Assembly: GCA_030770535.1 (NCBI GenBank)
Contig: JASVEC010000011.1
Location: forward strand, 744,001 to 808,000
Source of the DNA: Batkoa obscura
Lineage: Eukaryota
Direction: 5' to 3'
DNA length: 64,000 bases
Part shown: piece by piece, positions 52,047 to 64,000 of the stretch
How positions within the stretch are numbered: position 1 is the first letter of the stretch
Layout: each line of letters begins with the position of its first letter
The notes under the pieces: generated by a model
What the model was told of the DNA's origin: nothing
The model's database searches: none
The model's input: the letters and a program-made list of their open reading frames with translations, nothing else
Program-made: the position numbers and the translations under genes

Positions 52047-53273
52047 TTAAGAACTATCTTTCAATAAACTAGGAGTAGACCCTTTAGATCCTACTGAATA
52101 ATTACTAGGTGAAAGAATAGGAGATATATTATCTGGGGAATTAATAGGAGATTCCCAATTCTCTAAATTAAAATCTGGAATATCTCTATAATCTTTAGAT
52201 AATAATTGATTAAAATTATTAATAGCAACATCTAAATCCATATGATCTGTTAAATTAATTCTTGAAGCTACTGAAAGTGCATGATGTTCATCCATCTGTA
52301 AATCCATAATAAAAGAATGATGAGCACCTGGAGAAAACCCTAATCGTAATGAGAATTCTTTTTCATCCATATCATCTTTTTGACATTCATATAATTCAAA
52401 TGTTATTTGTGTTAAATAATCTAATTCCCCAATTTCATGGGCTCTCAAATTCACTGGTAAACCCCCATTTAATACAATGTTTAATAAGGTATGAACATGA
52501 GATTCTAAATAAAATAATAAATTTAATATTAAATAATTTAATAATATTATAATATTTAAGTTTACCTTTAGTAAAATAAAGAATAGTAGCTGGTTTTGTA
52601 GAATCTCTAATAGTCAACAAATCCTTTAAAATATTAGTCAATAAATTCCTACTTGTCAACATACCAATGGATAATTTCTCTTCATTAGTAATACCATATT
52701 CTCTAGGTGCAATCATATCAAAAAATAATTTAGCACTTTTATACAATTGTTTAAGTGGTTCTAAAGAATATTCGTCTTTTTCACAACAAAATACTTCTTC
52801 TAAAAAATCTCGATTATGTAATGCATCATATTTTAAACTATCATATAATTCACATACTTTTCCTGGATCAAATCTAGATTGTTCAACATCACAATATTCT
52901 TTAATTAATTTTTCCCATCGTTCTTTAAATAATTGTGGGTTATCATTACAACACCATTTTTCTTCTTTTAAGGTTGATAAATTCATTCTTTTTAAATTAT
53001 CTCTCATTATATCTCTCAATCGAATTAATGATTCTTTAATTTTTTCTGCTAATTCTCTAGGAGTTTCTCCATTCGGTGTTTCAAAATAACTTAATAATGG
53101 TGAAGTACTATTTGGTTTCATACATTCTTTTAATTCTGCTTTAACTACATCCGTTTGTTCTTTAGCATCATTACTATCATCTAACATTTCTTTTTCAACT
53201 TGTATAAAATTAGGATCAATTTCTTTTAAATTTAAAAAGGGTTTAATAAATGATTCGGCTAAAAAATAATAAA

Positions 53274-53305
<32 letters not shown>

Positions 53306-55115
53306 ATTATATAATATAATTTACCTGTAGCTACTACTCTTCTTTCTGAACTTGAATAAACTTTAACATCATCTAATAAATTTTTATTGATAATTGTTAA
53401 ATCTTTTCGCATATTTAAACCAAGATCAGATGAATGATGGGTAGCTGCATGAGTAAACTAAATATAAAAATATAAAAGTATAAAAATTAAATATCTTAAT
53501 TAAATTATATATTATAATTATAATTACCTCTCCACCCCATTTAATAATGACTTGCATCGAATCTAAACTCCCATTGACTTTATTAAAACTTGGTTTCACT
53601 TGAATTTTAGTACCAGGTAATGAACCTTTCTTTTTCAATATTAAATCAATTTGAATTAATTTTGTTTTCTCTTGTCCATCTTCTTTTTCAATTGCCTTTT
53701 TAATACTTCCTTTAAACTCTTTAATATTTTCAGGTTTACGAATAATCACTTCTTCTTTAGAATCATTTAACCAATTAGCAATAAATTTAGATGTCATCTT
53801 AAACTTTGCTTTTTGTTTAGGTGTACGATCCGCATGTCTTAAGACCGAAATAAATCCTTTTAATGTCCAAACATTTTCGAAAGTTGGTTCGACGTCAGTA
53901 ACATGAGAAATATATTTTCTTTTTTCTGCACTTTTAAACATCTCCAAAAATAATGCCGCTGTTTTTGCATAATATTCTTGATTACCTTTAACAAAGGACC
54001 AACCATTAACATCAATAACATAAGATTTTCCATTAGCTCTTAATAAATCTAAACCACAAATTGTTTGCCCAAATGTTAAACATACATTTTTAGCTATTTC
54101 TTTTTCTATTTTAGATAACTCAGTTACATACCGCATCTCTTTACCATCCACATTACGTCGAACTAAACCATCCACTACTGGTGATTTTCTCGTTTCTGCA
54201 TGGGCAAATTCAGGTCCTACAGTATATACTTTAATATCTTCCGAATTATCAACATCAATAAACTTTTCATAAATAAAAGAACCATCCATTCTTAATTCAT
54301 TTTCATTGGGGAAAAATTCACTCGATTTATTTGCTATTTTACGAAATAATTTTCGAGTACCACCACCTTGAGAAGAATGATAATAAATATTAATATTATG
54401 ATTTTCTCCATCCACTGGTTTTTCAACAAATGGTTTACTTAATCTTACACCATCTACTTCAATAGTATCTTGATCAATGACTTTTAATTCATTATTTTTC
54501 AACGATTTAATATACTCAATTGCTTTTAATGGTAATTTTTCCATATATTCTAGGTCCAAGTTCGGACCATTATCTCTAGTAACTGTTAATCTTTGAGGAG
54601 TAGGAACACCTACTGCTTCAAGGATACCAAGTACTAATCTTCGGTCCCATAATACTTTTTGTAAATACAAATCATTGACACAAAATGGTTTTCTTAATTC
54701 AACATATTTTATAGCTTTATCTAAGGGAAAGCCACTGGAAAAAAAAGAAACTAAAAAATCACATACTGGCCATTTTTCTACCTCTATTTGATATTTAATT
54801 TAGTTAGTTAGTGAAGAAATTATGAAAAACAATTGATAAATTACCTTCATCTAATATAACTTTATCACCAAAGATAATAATTTCATAATCAACTTCACTT
54901 TCTATAATTCGATTTAAGATATCTCTCATTGGTTTGGATCTTGCTTTAACATCACGAGCACAGACACCAATGATAGCTATTTTGAAAAGGTATTATTTAT
55001 CAGTGAGTGAGGCTAAAAAGGAATAATGATAATAAAACTTACGTTTCTTTTTACTAATTCTTGGTAATTGAAAAAAACTTCTATAAGAAGAAGATAAGTC
55101 GAATAATCGCTGCAT
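52047..55115 (-). CDS. VIP1: Inositol hexakisphosphate / PP-IP5 kinase with histidine-phosphatase-like domain (multi-exon)
   Basis: [94 protein letters not shown]. Confidence 0.92.
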
Positions 55116-56263
55116 TTTTGTTATCTAAAAATAAGAGAAATGATGAAAAAAATAGTTGACAGTACTTTTAAAGGTTGGTGAATGCTGAGTTTCTATGGGT
55201 GTTATTTTTTAAGCTTTTAATACTGATATTAAATTATTAAAACTAAAATTAAATTTTGTATTAAAATAACAAAAACTAATTTCAAATTTAATTAATTGAT
55301 TTGTTAATCTTTGAACTAAGCATAAAATTTTAAGTTTAAATTTAAAAATAGTTTAAAGTTAAATTAGTCACTTTTATTACACGCAAAAATTTCTATTAAA
55401 GTTAAATAAAATATATAATAAAATATATAATATTAAAACCAATTATTAGAATCATAATAACTTTAAAACTTATTTATTCTATTATATAAAAAATGGCGTA
55501 TAAGCTTTATAAGATAGTAAAGTATGATAAAAAATATTAAAAAATATTAAAACTTTAATTTAACCTCACCAATTAAACTTGAAAGATAGTGTAAAACTAA
55601 ATTAAGCTCATAAATTAAAACCGAAAAAATAATATTTTGAAGCCCTATAAAAACGATACAATATTTATAAGTTAAATAATATAATATAATGCAATATAGA
55701 TAATACAAATAATATAAATAATATAATAGCAATGATAAAATTTTAGAAAAGTATTCCTTTATTTATATCATTTTTACATATAGATAAATTAAAACTAAAA
55801 ATTTTAGTTGAGTTTAATCCGAAATAAGTAAAATCTTAAGAATTTTCTCTATGATTTTGTCCATTTCTTATAGCATAAAAATTCAAATTAATCCACTATA
55901 GAATTCAAAAACAAAAACAAAAACAAAAACATCATATAAAGAATTGTTTGAAAATTAAACAGAAATAGAACTATTTTCAATAAGAGTAATAAACATATAA
56001 GTTAAAGTTTTTTTAACATTTTAGTTTTTATCGATAGATAAATAATAAATGATTATATTATAAAAACCCATATATCTAACTGTAACCTTATTAAAGATCA
56101 ATAACAACTACATTTTGAGTTTAGTAATTTATTTTTCTTATTGAATTAAATTTCTACAATGAAAAAAACTGGAAACTGGGTTTGTTACTCCATGTTGGAT
56201 AAATAGAATTGATTGATTTAATAAATTTTATATACAAACTTTATTTTTAAAAATAAAATAAGA

Positions 56264-56346
56264 GATCAGGTGGCCGAGTTGGTCTAAGGCGCCGTGTTAA
56301 GGCCGCGGTCTCTTCGGAGGCGTGGGTTCGAATCCCATCCTGATCA
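56264..56346 (+). tRNA. tRNA-Leu(AAG), intronless
   Basis: Acceptor GATCAGG/CCTGATC, D arm TGGCCGAGTTGGTCTAAGGC, anticodon arm CCGTG-TTAAGGC-CGCGG, long variable arm, T loop GGTTCGAATCC, followed by TTTT. Confidence 0.93.
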
Positions 56347-56850
56347 TTTTCCTGAATCTAAAATTCATGATTTTTTTTATTGAAAATTTCGTTATCTTTC
56401 TATAGTTGAAAATCCAAGTTTTTTTTATAACAAAATATATATTTTGATTAAAGTCTTTAAAAGAAAATAAACACTAAACACAGGACTTTGGTATTGAGTA
56501 GAATAGGCTAATCTCAGCTCCAAGGCTCCACTTTTTTCCGATATTTTTACTGTTTGGAGGAATCATAAATTAATCATGAATCGGATGATAATAGAGGCTG
56601 TTTTTTTATATAAAAAACTAGACAAGATATTTAAAACTTTCACCTAGATCAAATCAAACAAAATCAAGAATTTTATCCAGTTTTGAGTTCAACTCCTATT
56701 CTTTAAACATAATAAGTTTTATTTAGATAATACACCACCTTCGTTCACTTTGCGAATCCATAAAGTAAGTCTATTGAGGTTTAAAATAAATGACAATAGA
56801 ACCTAGATGTCAATTACTATTTTTCAGCGGAGTTTTGAATAACTTCATTT

Positions 56851-56948
56851 GGGGATGTTTTTTTGGCTTCATTATTTTTTCCATTCTTTAAGCGCTGTTT
56901 GAGCGAAAAGATTTTTAGTAAAATTCTTAAACAAAAAAATACATCCCC
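56851..56948 (-). mobile_element. ~98-bp MITE copy
   Basis: GGGGATGT...ACATCCCC with ATTT TSD. Confidence 0.82.
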
Positions 56949-58326
56949 ATTTGTTTAAATTTCAAATAAAACTAAAACTTTAGCTTAAGAAGAATCGATA
57001 GCCTTTGTTTTGTTTATTGTTTTTGTTTGTTAAAATCAGTTTTAAATCAATCATTTATAAAATTTTATATCTGTTTTAATAGTCTTATAAGACTATAATA
57101 TATTATTACTATTAAAATATTATTTATAAGTGTAAGTGAAAATATATTCCACAAAAATAAAGATAAAAATTTAAAGTATTGGGGAAAATGATATTGTAAT
57201 TAATTAATTAGTTTATAAAATGCTTAAATAGAATGATAGTAAATTGAGAACTTTGATTATAACTGTAATTAATAATATATACTAAAATTAGTAATTCATT
57301 TATAATTTTAGTGTTCTTGCTTTTTTATAATATTCTATTTGAATTATTAATGCTAAATTACAGTAAGATAATAAGATTAATCTCAGAAGCGAATATTTAG
57401 AATATTTAATAAAAATAAATGTTATTATAGTAACCAAATTTTAGATCATAATATAAATAGCATTCATCGATAAATAAACAAATAAATAGGCTATATTATT
57501 TATATTCAGGCATATGATGTAAATTTAAAATAAAAAGATCAACAAAATAATCTATTTATCAGTGGGTTTAATAACATGAATTGATTTGTTGACATGGCTT
57601 TAACAGTAGCATTTTAAAAGTTGATATTTACATTATAAAAATACAAATATGATAATGAATAGAATAAAATTTATTGTTGAACATCAACAAGTTGAAAATA
57701 TAAAACTTATTTTAATCTAATTCATAGTATTACTATGGTCTTTTTATTTAAGATAATAAGTTTTAGACAAAAAGTGTAGTAAAGAATAAAAAAAGAAAGG
57801 AGAAATAAGTGGAATTCGAGATCAAACTCATTGTTAACTTACGGATAAAAAATTCAAATGAATGAGTTTTGTTTAATAAAATATGAAAAAAACCCTGCTT
57901 TTAAACTTCAATTTTAGCTTAATTAAGTAGATGACAAGGAGTGAAAATCATATGCTAAAAAGGAGAGCCAATAATAAGTGCTAAAGATTAATTAAAGTGG
58001 GGTGCTTTTCAAAAAAGTATCCAGTTAAAATAACATGGTAACTTGAAATTTATTCAACAATAAGATGCTTGGTAAAGCAGTTTAGTTACTATATTAGGTA
58101 AGTGACCTAAAAACTGTTAGAAACAAATTTAAACTCTTTAATGAATAGCATGGGTACTTTTCCTATTAATTAACGACGATGAAAATTATTATCAACAATC
58201 AAACTTAAGCCTAACTAAAATTTTAAAACTATATAAATCAATTAAATTTTTCTTTTAATTCTTTTGATTTTTATTTTTTTTTGTTTTTATTTATTTAGAT
58301 TTTTTATAATAATTATAATAATTATA

Positions 58327-59628
58327 ATGATGAGTAATAATTCAACTAGTTTAAATGAACTTCAAAGTAAAAGATGGAGTGGTTATGATAGATACGCTGT
58401 AAGAAGAAGTATCTACTTAAGTGATTCTGATAATAATGAATTAATCAATGCCTCGAGTACATTTGATAGTAGTAATAGTTCTTATTTACCATTACAATTA
58501 GTAGCTTCTCGTTTTCAATTTCCAAACATTAATCCGAATTTAGTGAATAAACAAACTCAATTGTCTACTTTAGAAAGCAAACAAAAAAAACGATTTTCTA
58601 TCAATTTCCTTACTAAACGTAAAAGAATTGATAATCAATTTAAAATTTTACATGAAGTAGCAACTACAAAATTTAAAAATAGTTATGAATTAACGCATAC
58701 CGAATTGGGTCGTGGTGTAAGTGGTGCTGTATTCTTAGTTAGGCGGATAGTGGATGGGGAATACTTGGCAGCAAAAGCTTATGTAAAAAAGAGTAATTCT
58801 GGTAAATATTCAAAGACAAAGTTTTTAAATAAGATAGCTTCAGAAGTAGTTATGCTATCTCAACTTCATCATGAAAATGTAATCAAAACAATCGATGTAG
58901 TTTCTCATTATGATCAGATAGTTACTATTATGGAATTTTGTCCTGTTAATTTATTCCGTTTAATCAAAGAAAAATCATTAAACTTGTTTGATTTACAAGA
59001 ATATTTCAGTCAATTAGGAGCTGGTGTAGCTTATCTACATAATGAATGTGGAATAGCTCATCGTGATTTAAAGTTGGAAAATTTGGGTATTGGTCAAGAT
59101 GGTCAATTAAAAATTTTGGATTTTGGATCTGCTATTTGTCTTGCTCCTAATTCTTCTTCCATTCCAGAACATACTTGTCCAGTATGTCCACCACCTATGA
59201 TCACCTCATGCCGTTCTTCATCTTCATCAAGTGATTTCTTATTTAAACAAAACAAACGTGTACCTTCTATAAAAGTTAAAGGCCTTTGTGGTTCAGATCC
59301 TTATATTGCTCCAGAGATTTGGGAAACTGTAGCGAATTTAAGACGTGGCACTGGAAATTGCCATTGCTGTAGACAGTGTGGTTATGATCCATTTAAAGCG
59401 GATATTTGGTCTTTAGGAGTAATCTATGTTTCTATGCATTCGGGTAAATTCCCTTGGGGTGTAGCTAAGCCTCATGATGCTGATTTCAATCTATTTAAAA
59501 GTAATCGAGTGGGTAGATTATCTAGGTTTAGAGTACCTAATTATTCATTAAAGATGTTAATGGGCATGCTTACACTTTGTCCAATGGAAAGGTTTGATAT
59601 CGATATGGTGATGTCATATAATAATTAG
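58327..59628 (+). CDS. Ser/Thr protein kinase (HAL/Npr1-like by inference), intronless
   Basis: LGRGVSG, AAK, HRDLKLEN, DFG, GLCGSDPYIAPE, DIWSLG. The first ATG is at 58327. Confidence 0.85.
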   Translation: MMSNNSTSLNELQSKRWSGYDRYAVRRSIYLSDSDNNELINASSTFDSSNSSYLPLQLVASRFQFPNINPNLVNKQTQLSTLESKQKKRFSINFLTKRKRIDNQFKILHEVATTKFKNSYELTHTELGRGVSGAVFLVRRIVDGEYLAAKAYVKKSNSGKYSKTKFLNKIASEVVMLSQLHHENVIKTIDVVSHYDQIVTIMEFCPVNLFRLIKEKSLNLFDLQEYFSQLGAGVAYLHNECGIAHRDLKLENLGIGQDGQLKILDFGSAICLAPNSSSIPEHTCPVCPPPMITSCRSSSSSSDFLFKQNKRVPSIKVKGLCGSDPYIAPEIWETVANLRRGTGNCHCCRQCGYDPFKADIWSLGVIYVSMHSGKFPWGVAKPHDADFNLFKSNRVGRLSRFRVPNYSLKMLMGMLTLCPMERFDIDMVMSYNN

Positions 59629-60882
59629 AACCTCCCATTTTGTTGATTTGTAGAAGCTTTATTAACCAATTTTTATTAACCTATTTTGTATAATAAAATC
59701 ATTTTTTTAACTGTAATTATGCTTTCTCCAGTTCAATTTTTTGTCAGTTTAGTAACATTTATTTTAATAAATACAAACAGCATAGTAAAACCGATATTAA
59801 ATTGGTATCAATTTAACTGTATTTTTGTTGAACTGACATTAAAAAGAATATACACATAAATGAATTTTACCCCGTCTTAAAGCTTGCGTTTGTTGATTTA
59901 ATATCAGCTTTAATTAAATTCTTACTTTAATTTACTAATAAAAAAGCTGAATTTTATAATGATAAAATTATATTTTCAATTATTGAAAACATTTTAATTT
60001 AAAAACTTGTAAATAATAAACAAAGCATTAGATGAATTTAAAAGCCCAATTGGAATTATAGATAATTTTGTTTGATTTAATTTATGTTGGAATTTCCCAA
60101 ATTCAGATGTCTAATTTTAAATCAAGAAAAAAACATTTAAAAAATGAGTTTCTCATTTTCAAGAAACAAAATCAAAAAATATTTAATTTCTAAAAAAACA
60201 TGACCTCATTTCCACACTATTTATGCTGTTTAACTTACTACTTTTGCAATAAATCAAAACTGGAAAAAGTTGAAGTTTGAGTTGAGATTAATCTGTATAG
60301 GATAATATTAACTCAATACATTAACTTATTATAAATATATGTAATATACCATTTAAGTTTATCATTATATATGAATAATCATCATTTCTAAAAGTTGGTT
60401 ATTTGAAATAGACACGAAATTAATTACGTAACTAATATTATGTAATAAAAAGCAAACTAGCTTTTTAAAAGTTTAATAAAGATATTTTAGACTGATTAAT
60501 TAAAGTATGATTTTAATTTCATCAATATGTAATAAATAAATAACTTGTAGATAACAATTTGAATTAGATGATAAACAAATGACTTAAAATAGTATTATAA
60601 TCTAAACATTATAAACAAAAATAATATATACATCAAGTTTATAGAGCAAAGTAGTAAACACATAAAATTATATAAAATAAAATAAAATTTAACATTCATA
60701 AGAAACAAAAAATAAAGATTTAAAAATATTTATAATAATAATCGCTCTTTAAATTATCAACATAAAATTGTTTTGTAAATAAATTTTTATGATAAATAAG
60801 TTTCAATTATATGCTATTAAGTAAAAAAAATTAAACTAAGTGTAACTGATAAGCTATGGTTCAACATTCCATATTTCTTTTC

Positions 60883-61894
60883 TCAGCATGCACATCCCTC
60901 TACCTTTTCTTCTCCACGATCTAAATCGACTCTAGCTCCATTTTGATTACCTCTACCAAGTCGATTACGTACTGAAGAGGTAGGTTCTAATGGCATTTTC
61001 TTAGCTATAAAAAAATACAATTTAATTCCAAAATATGAAAAACTTAATCCAAAACTCATACCTAATTCCGTAAATAATTCTTGAATATTGACAGATCCCT
61101 TTGCTGAAGTTTCAAAAAATATAAGTCCTGCTTCTTGAGCAAATTCTCTAGCCTCATCTGTACTAATGGCTCGACGGGATTCTAAATCACATTTATTTCC
61201 TGCTAATGCTATCACTATGTTTGAATCTGCTTGCTTATGCAACTCCTCAATCCATGCTTTAGCTTTTTCTAAAGAGGCCTAACAATCATAAATTAATAAA
61301 TGCTCATACTGGAATTACATATTATTACAGGTTGAGTAATATCATATACAACTATGGCGCAGTTAGCGTTACGGTAATACATAGGGGCTAAAGACTATAT
61401 AAATATATTAAAATTATTACTTTAATTTTAATTTTGATCCTTACTCTATATCTTTCTTGGCCAGCGGTATCCCTTTATTTAATTTATGATTAAATTTGTT
61501 ATTTATAAAAAAACCTTATTATTTATTACCATATTTCAAACTTGACTGTAGTACCATTTTCAAGTACAAGGGATTGGGTTAAAAAAGCGGCTAAATTAAA
61601 TAATTTAATTAAAAATAAAGCTAGATTTGATAATCATTTACCACCAATGGTACTCTCCCTGTAGTCATCAAATTGGTCTTTAACAAATCTTAATACAAGA
61701 CTAAAAAGTCGTTTTAATTTTTATTCCATTTTTTACAAACTATAAATTCTACCTTGATTTACCAACTGCAGACTCACCTAATAAAAATATTTATAAACAA
61801 CAAAATCATTAATAATAGCACTAAACTTACCTAATAATACTAATTTAAATTGAAAGGTATCATTAGACACCAATGAGTTACGTTTTGAAGACAT
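60883..61894 (-). CDS. Rab5-family GTPase (Ypt5/Ypt52/Vps21-like), 8 exons
   Basis: FKLVLLG|ESAVGKS|SLVLRFVKDQFDDYRESTIG|AAFLTQ, W|DTAGQERY, SLAPMYYRNA, GNKCD, ETSAK, C-terminal CAC. Confidence 0.92.
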
Positions 61895-62215
61895 TATAAA
61901 ATCGTAGTTTTAGAACAAATAATAAAAAATTAGTTTTAAATTTTAGCTGTTAGTTGATCCTATTTTTTATGGCTTATTAATTTCTCCACTTTAATAAACA
62001 AAAATGTTATCTTTTAGCCATTTACTTGATCACTATTGGCTAAGGAATGTGTTATCATAGATTGTGATTCGTTACTATTGGCCAATTAATTTTATTTGGT
62101 CACAATTACTTGAGGCTTTTTGGATCTTTTTTGGTTTGTATTTGATTTTTTAGATAGTGGAGTTTTCATTTTGGGTTTAGTTTTAACTATGATTTAATGA
62201 ATATTTTAAAGTTCA

Positions 62216-62359
62216 TTAGCCACTTGAGTACTATAAACGAGTTTTGCTCGTAAAATTAGCTTTAGCTAAGCAAGATCATTCTTCAATAATCAAAAGGATC
62301 AAAAATTCTGATCCAATCGAACAGAATTTTTTTTGAATGTTTGGTACTCAAAGGGTTAA
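62216..62359. mobile_element. ~145-bp TTAA-bounded piggyBac-like MITE, copy 2
   Basis: TTAG-CCACTTGAGTAC...GGTACTCAAAGGG-TTAA terminal inverted repeats. Homologous to 1865-2012. Confidence 0.62.
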
Positions 62360-63246
62360 TGTTAATATTAAATAATGTTTTTGATATAGTTTTACCATCA
62401 CTTTGATAAAGATATAAAATTAAAGTATGTGAACTGGAACAACTTTAAATAGATTTCTGGTTTATAAATAGTTTAAAAATTAAAACAATTGTAACTAGTT
62501 TATAAACATTATGTAAACTACTTTTTATTAATAGTAATTTAAACATATAAAGTGTGTATTATAATTTATTACTGCTATATTTATAATAAATAATGGTTAA
62601 CTAAATTTTTTTATCTGTTTTATTACAATTATCTTTTGAATGTCTAAAAAATATTTAAAGCCTTGATATTTTGCTTAAGGTTTTAATTTAAAATTTACTT
62701 TAAACTTAATTATTATCAAAACATTAAAAAAATAGAAAATGATGTTTACTATGTGTTAAAAATGCAATATTTATTATTATTGGTTATGATATATATTCAA
62801 TTTTGAAGAGTTGATATTAAGCATATAGAGCAAGAAACATAAATTACAACTATTTGTTAATTACTTTATATAAATAATGTTAAAACCTAAATAAATTTAA
62901 ATAAAAATCATAACCGTATAATTGATACAAACTTTTTAATACGTTCATTTACTACATATATTTATAGTATATAGTAAAGCCTAGACCTCTTAATAGTGAT
63001 AATTTTTATAAAGGAATATCTAAGTTTATAATCTTTTACTAATCCTATCTTTTAAAAGTACCAAACAAGTTTAACTATAATAAAAATATAATACCTTGTG
63101 ATTTCCATAATATAATTATATAATACTATCCTTATAGTCATTAATTTCATTTAATTATCCACTTTAATTACCGTTTGTAAACCATAATTATCAAAATAAG
63201 ATGTACAAAAAAAAACAAATAAATTTATCATAAACTATATTTGTAA

Positions 63247-64000
63247 TTAATCAGAATAATCCATTGCTTGTTCATCAAATTGTTCATTAGGATCACGGGA
63301 CTGTTCAAAATCATCTTCATAAAATGTTTCACCTTCTTCTTCGAGACCTCCTTCATTAGAATCTTCAAAGTTCTCTTCGATAATTTGTGGCTCTGGTTTT
63401 TGACCATTACCTGGTGCATACGATGACATTTCTTTTTCATATCTTATTTTGTCTTGATCATACATGCGATAATATTTCTATCATACTTTTAGTTTTGTTT
63501 TTATATGTAAATTCCAACTGTTACCTCTTTTTCTGAATTATCAAGCTCTTTCCAGCGTGCTCCAAGTAATTTAGTAAGATCACTTAAAGTAGCGTCTTGA
63601 TTTTCTTCCCTCATTTTCGCTCTCTCAAGCTGACAAAACATAAAAAATGCGTTAGCTGGTCTTTTTGGTGCATTAGGATCTTTTTCGGGTCTTCTTTTTT
63701 CAACTACTACTTCTTCCTATAATTATGAGTAATGGGTTTTCGAAACATAATATTTATTACGTCAGATGATATATCACTGTCAACTGGTGAGCCTTCACGC
63801 ATTTCTGTAAGCTTTTCAAGTAAAATACTAAATTTTTAGTTATTATTTTATGACTTTTTTTAAATTTGTACCTCTTTTCAAATTTTAATTCTTTTAGTCG
63901 ACGATCATATTTTGCCATCTTTTTGGCTAAGTCTTCAGCTTCCTATTTTTGGCTTAATTTTAATTTATCAAGTTACTACTGACTTACAGTTTCTGCATCT
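63247..64000 (-). CDS. HMG-box protein, Nhp10-like (INO80 subunit by inference), 5' end outside the window
   Basis: KDPNAPKRPANAFFMFCQLER...LTKLLGARWKEL...YDQDKIRYEKEM. Upstream coiled segment RRLKELKFE..ILLEKL. Acidic tail. Confidence 0.78.

Overview
Very AT-rich eukaryotic DNA with many short (~45-60 nt) GT-AG introns. The gene content is fungal. By inference only, it resembles an early-diverging, possibly entomophthoralean (Conidiobolus-like) fungus. The left half (~4-34.5 kb) is a dynamic cluster of six intronless secreted class-3 lipase copies. Four are intact and two are pseudogenes, with gene-conversion tracts, a 1.5-kb near-identical inverted pair and shared upstream blocks. The cluster is interleaved with ATG15, LYS9 and a large unknown Ig/ASH-like protein. 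It is also littered with three small repeat families: ~15 copies of a ~98-bp MITE with GRG..CYC ends and 4-bp TSDs, TG..CA solo-LTR-like elements (two forming a hairpin), and a TTAA-bounded piggyBac-like MITE. The right half holds housekeeping genes: Zap1-like TF, mitochondrial SerRS, WDR83, YOP1, a thioesterase, a bestrophin-like channel, VIP1, tRNA-Leu(AAG), a kinase, Rab5 and an HMG protein. It also holds the standout, an intronless secreted protein of ~125 Gly-X-Y triplets (GSS-GNP/GTP) with Tyr/Cys-rich caps, i.e. a collagen-like or polyglycine-II candidate coat or adhesive. All calls are by eye, and exon boundaries are approximate.
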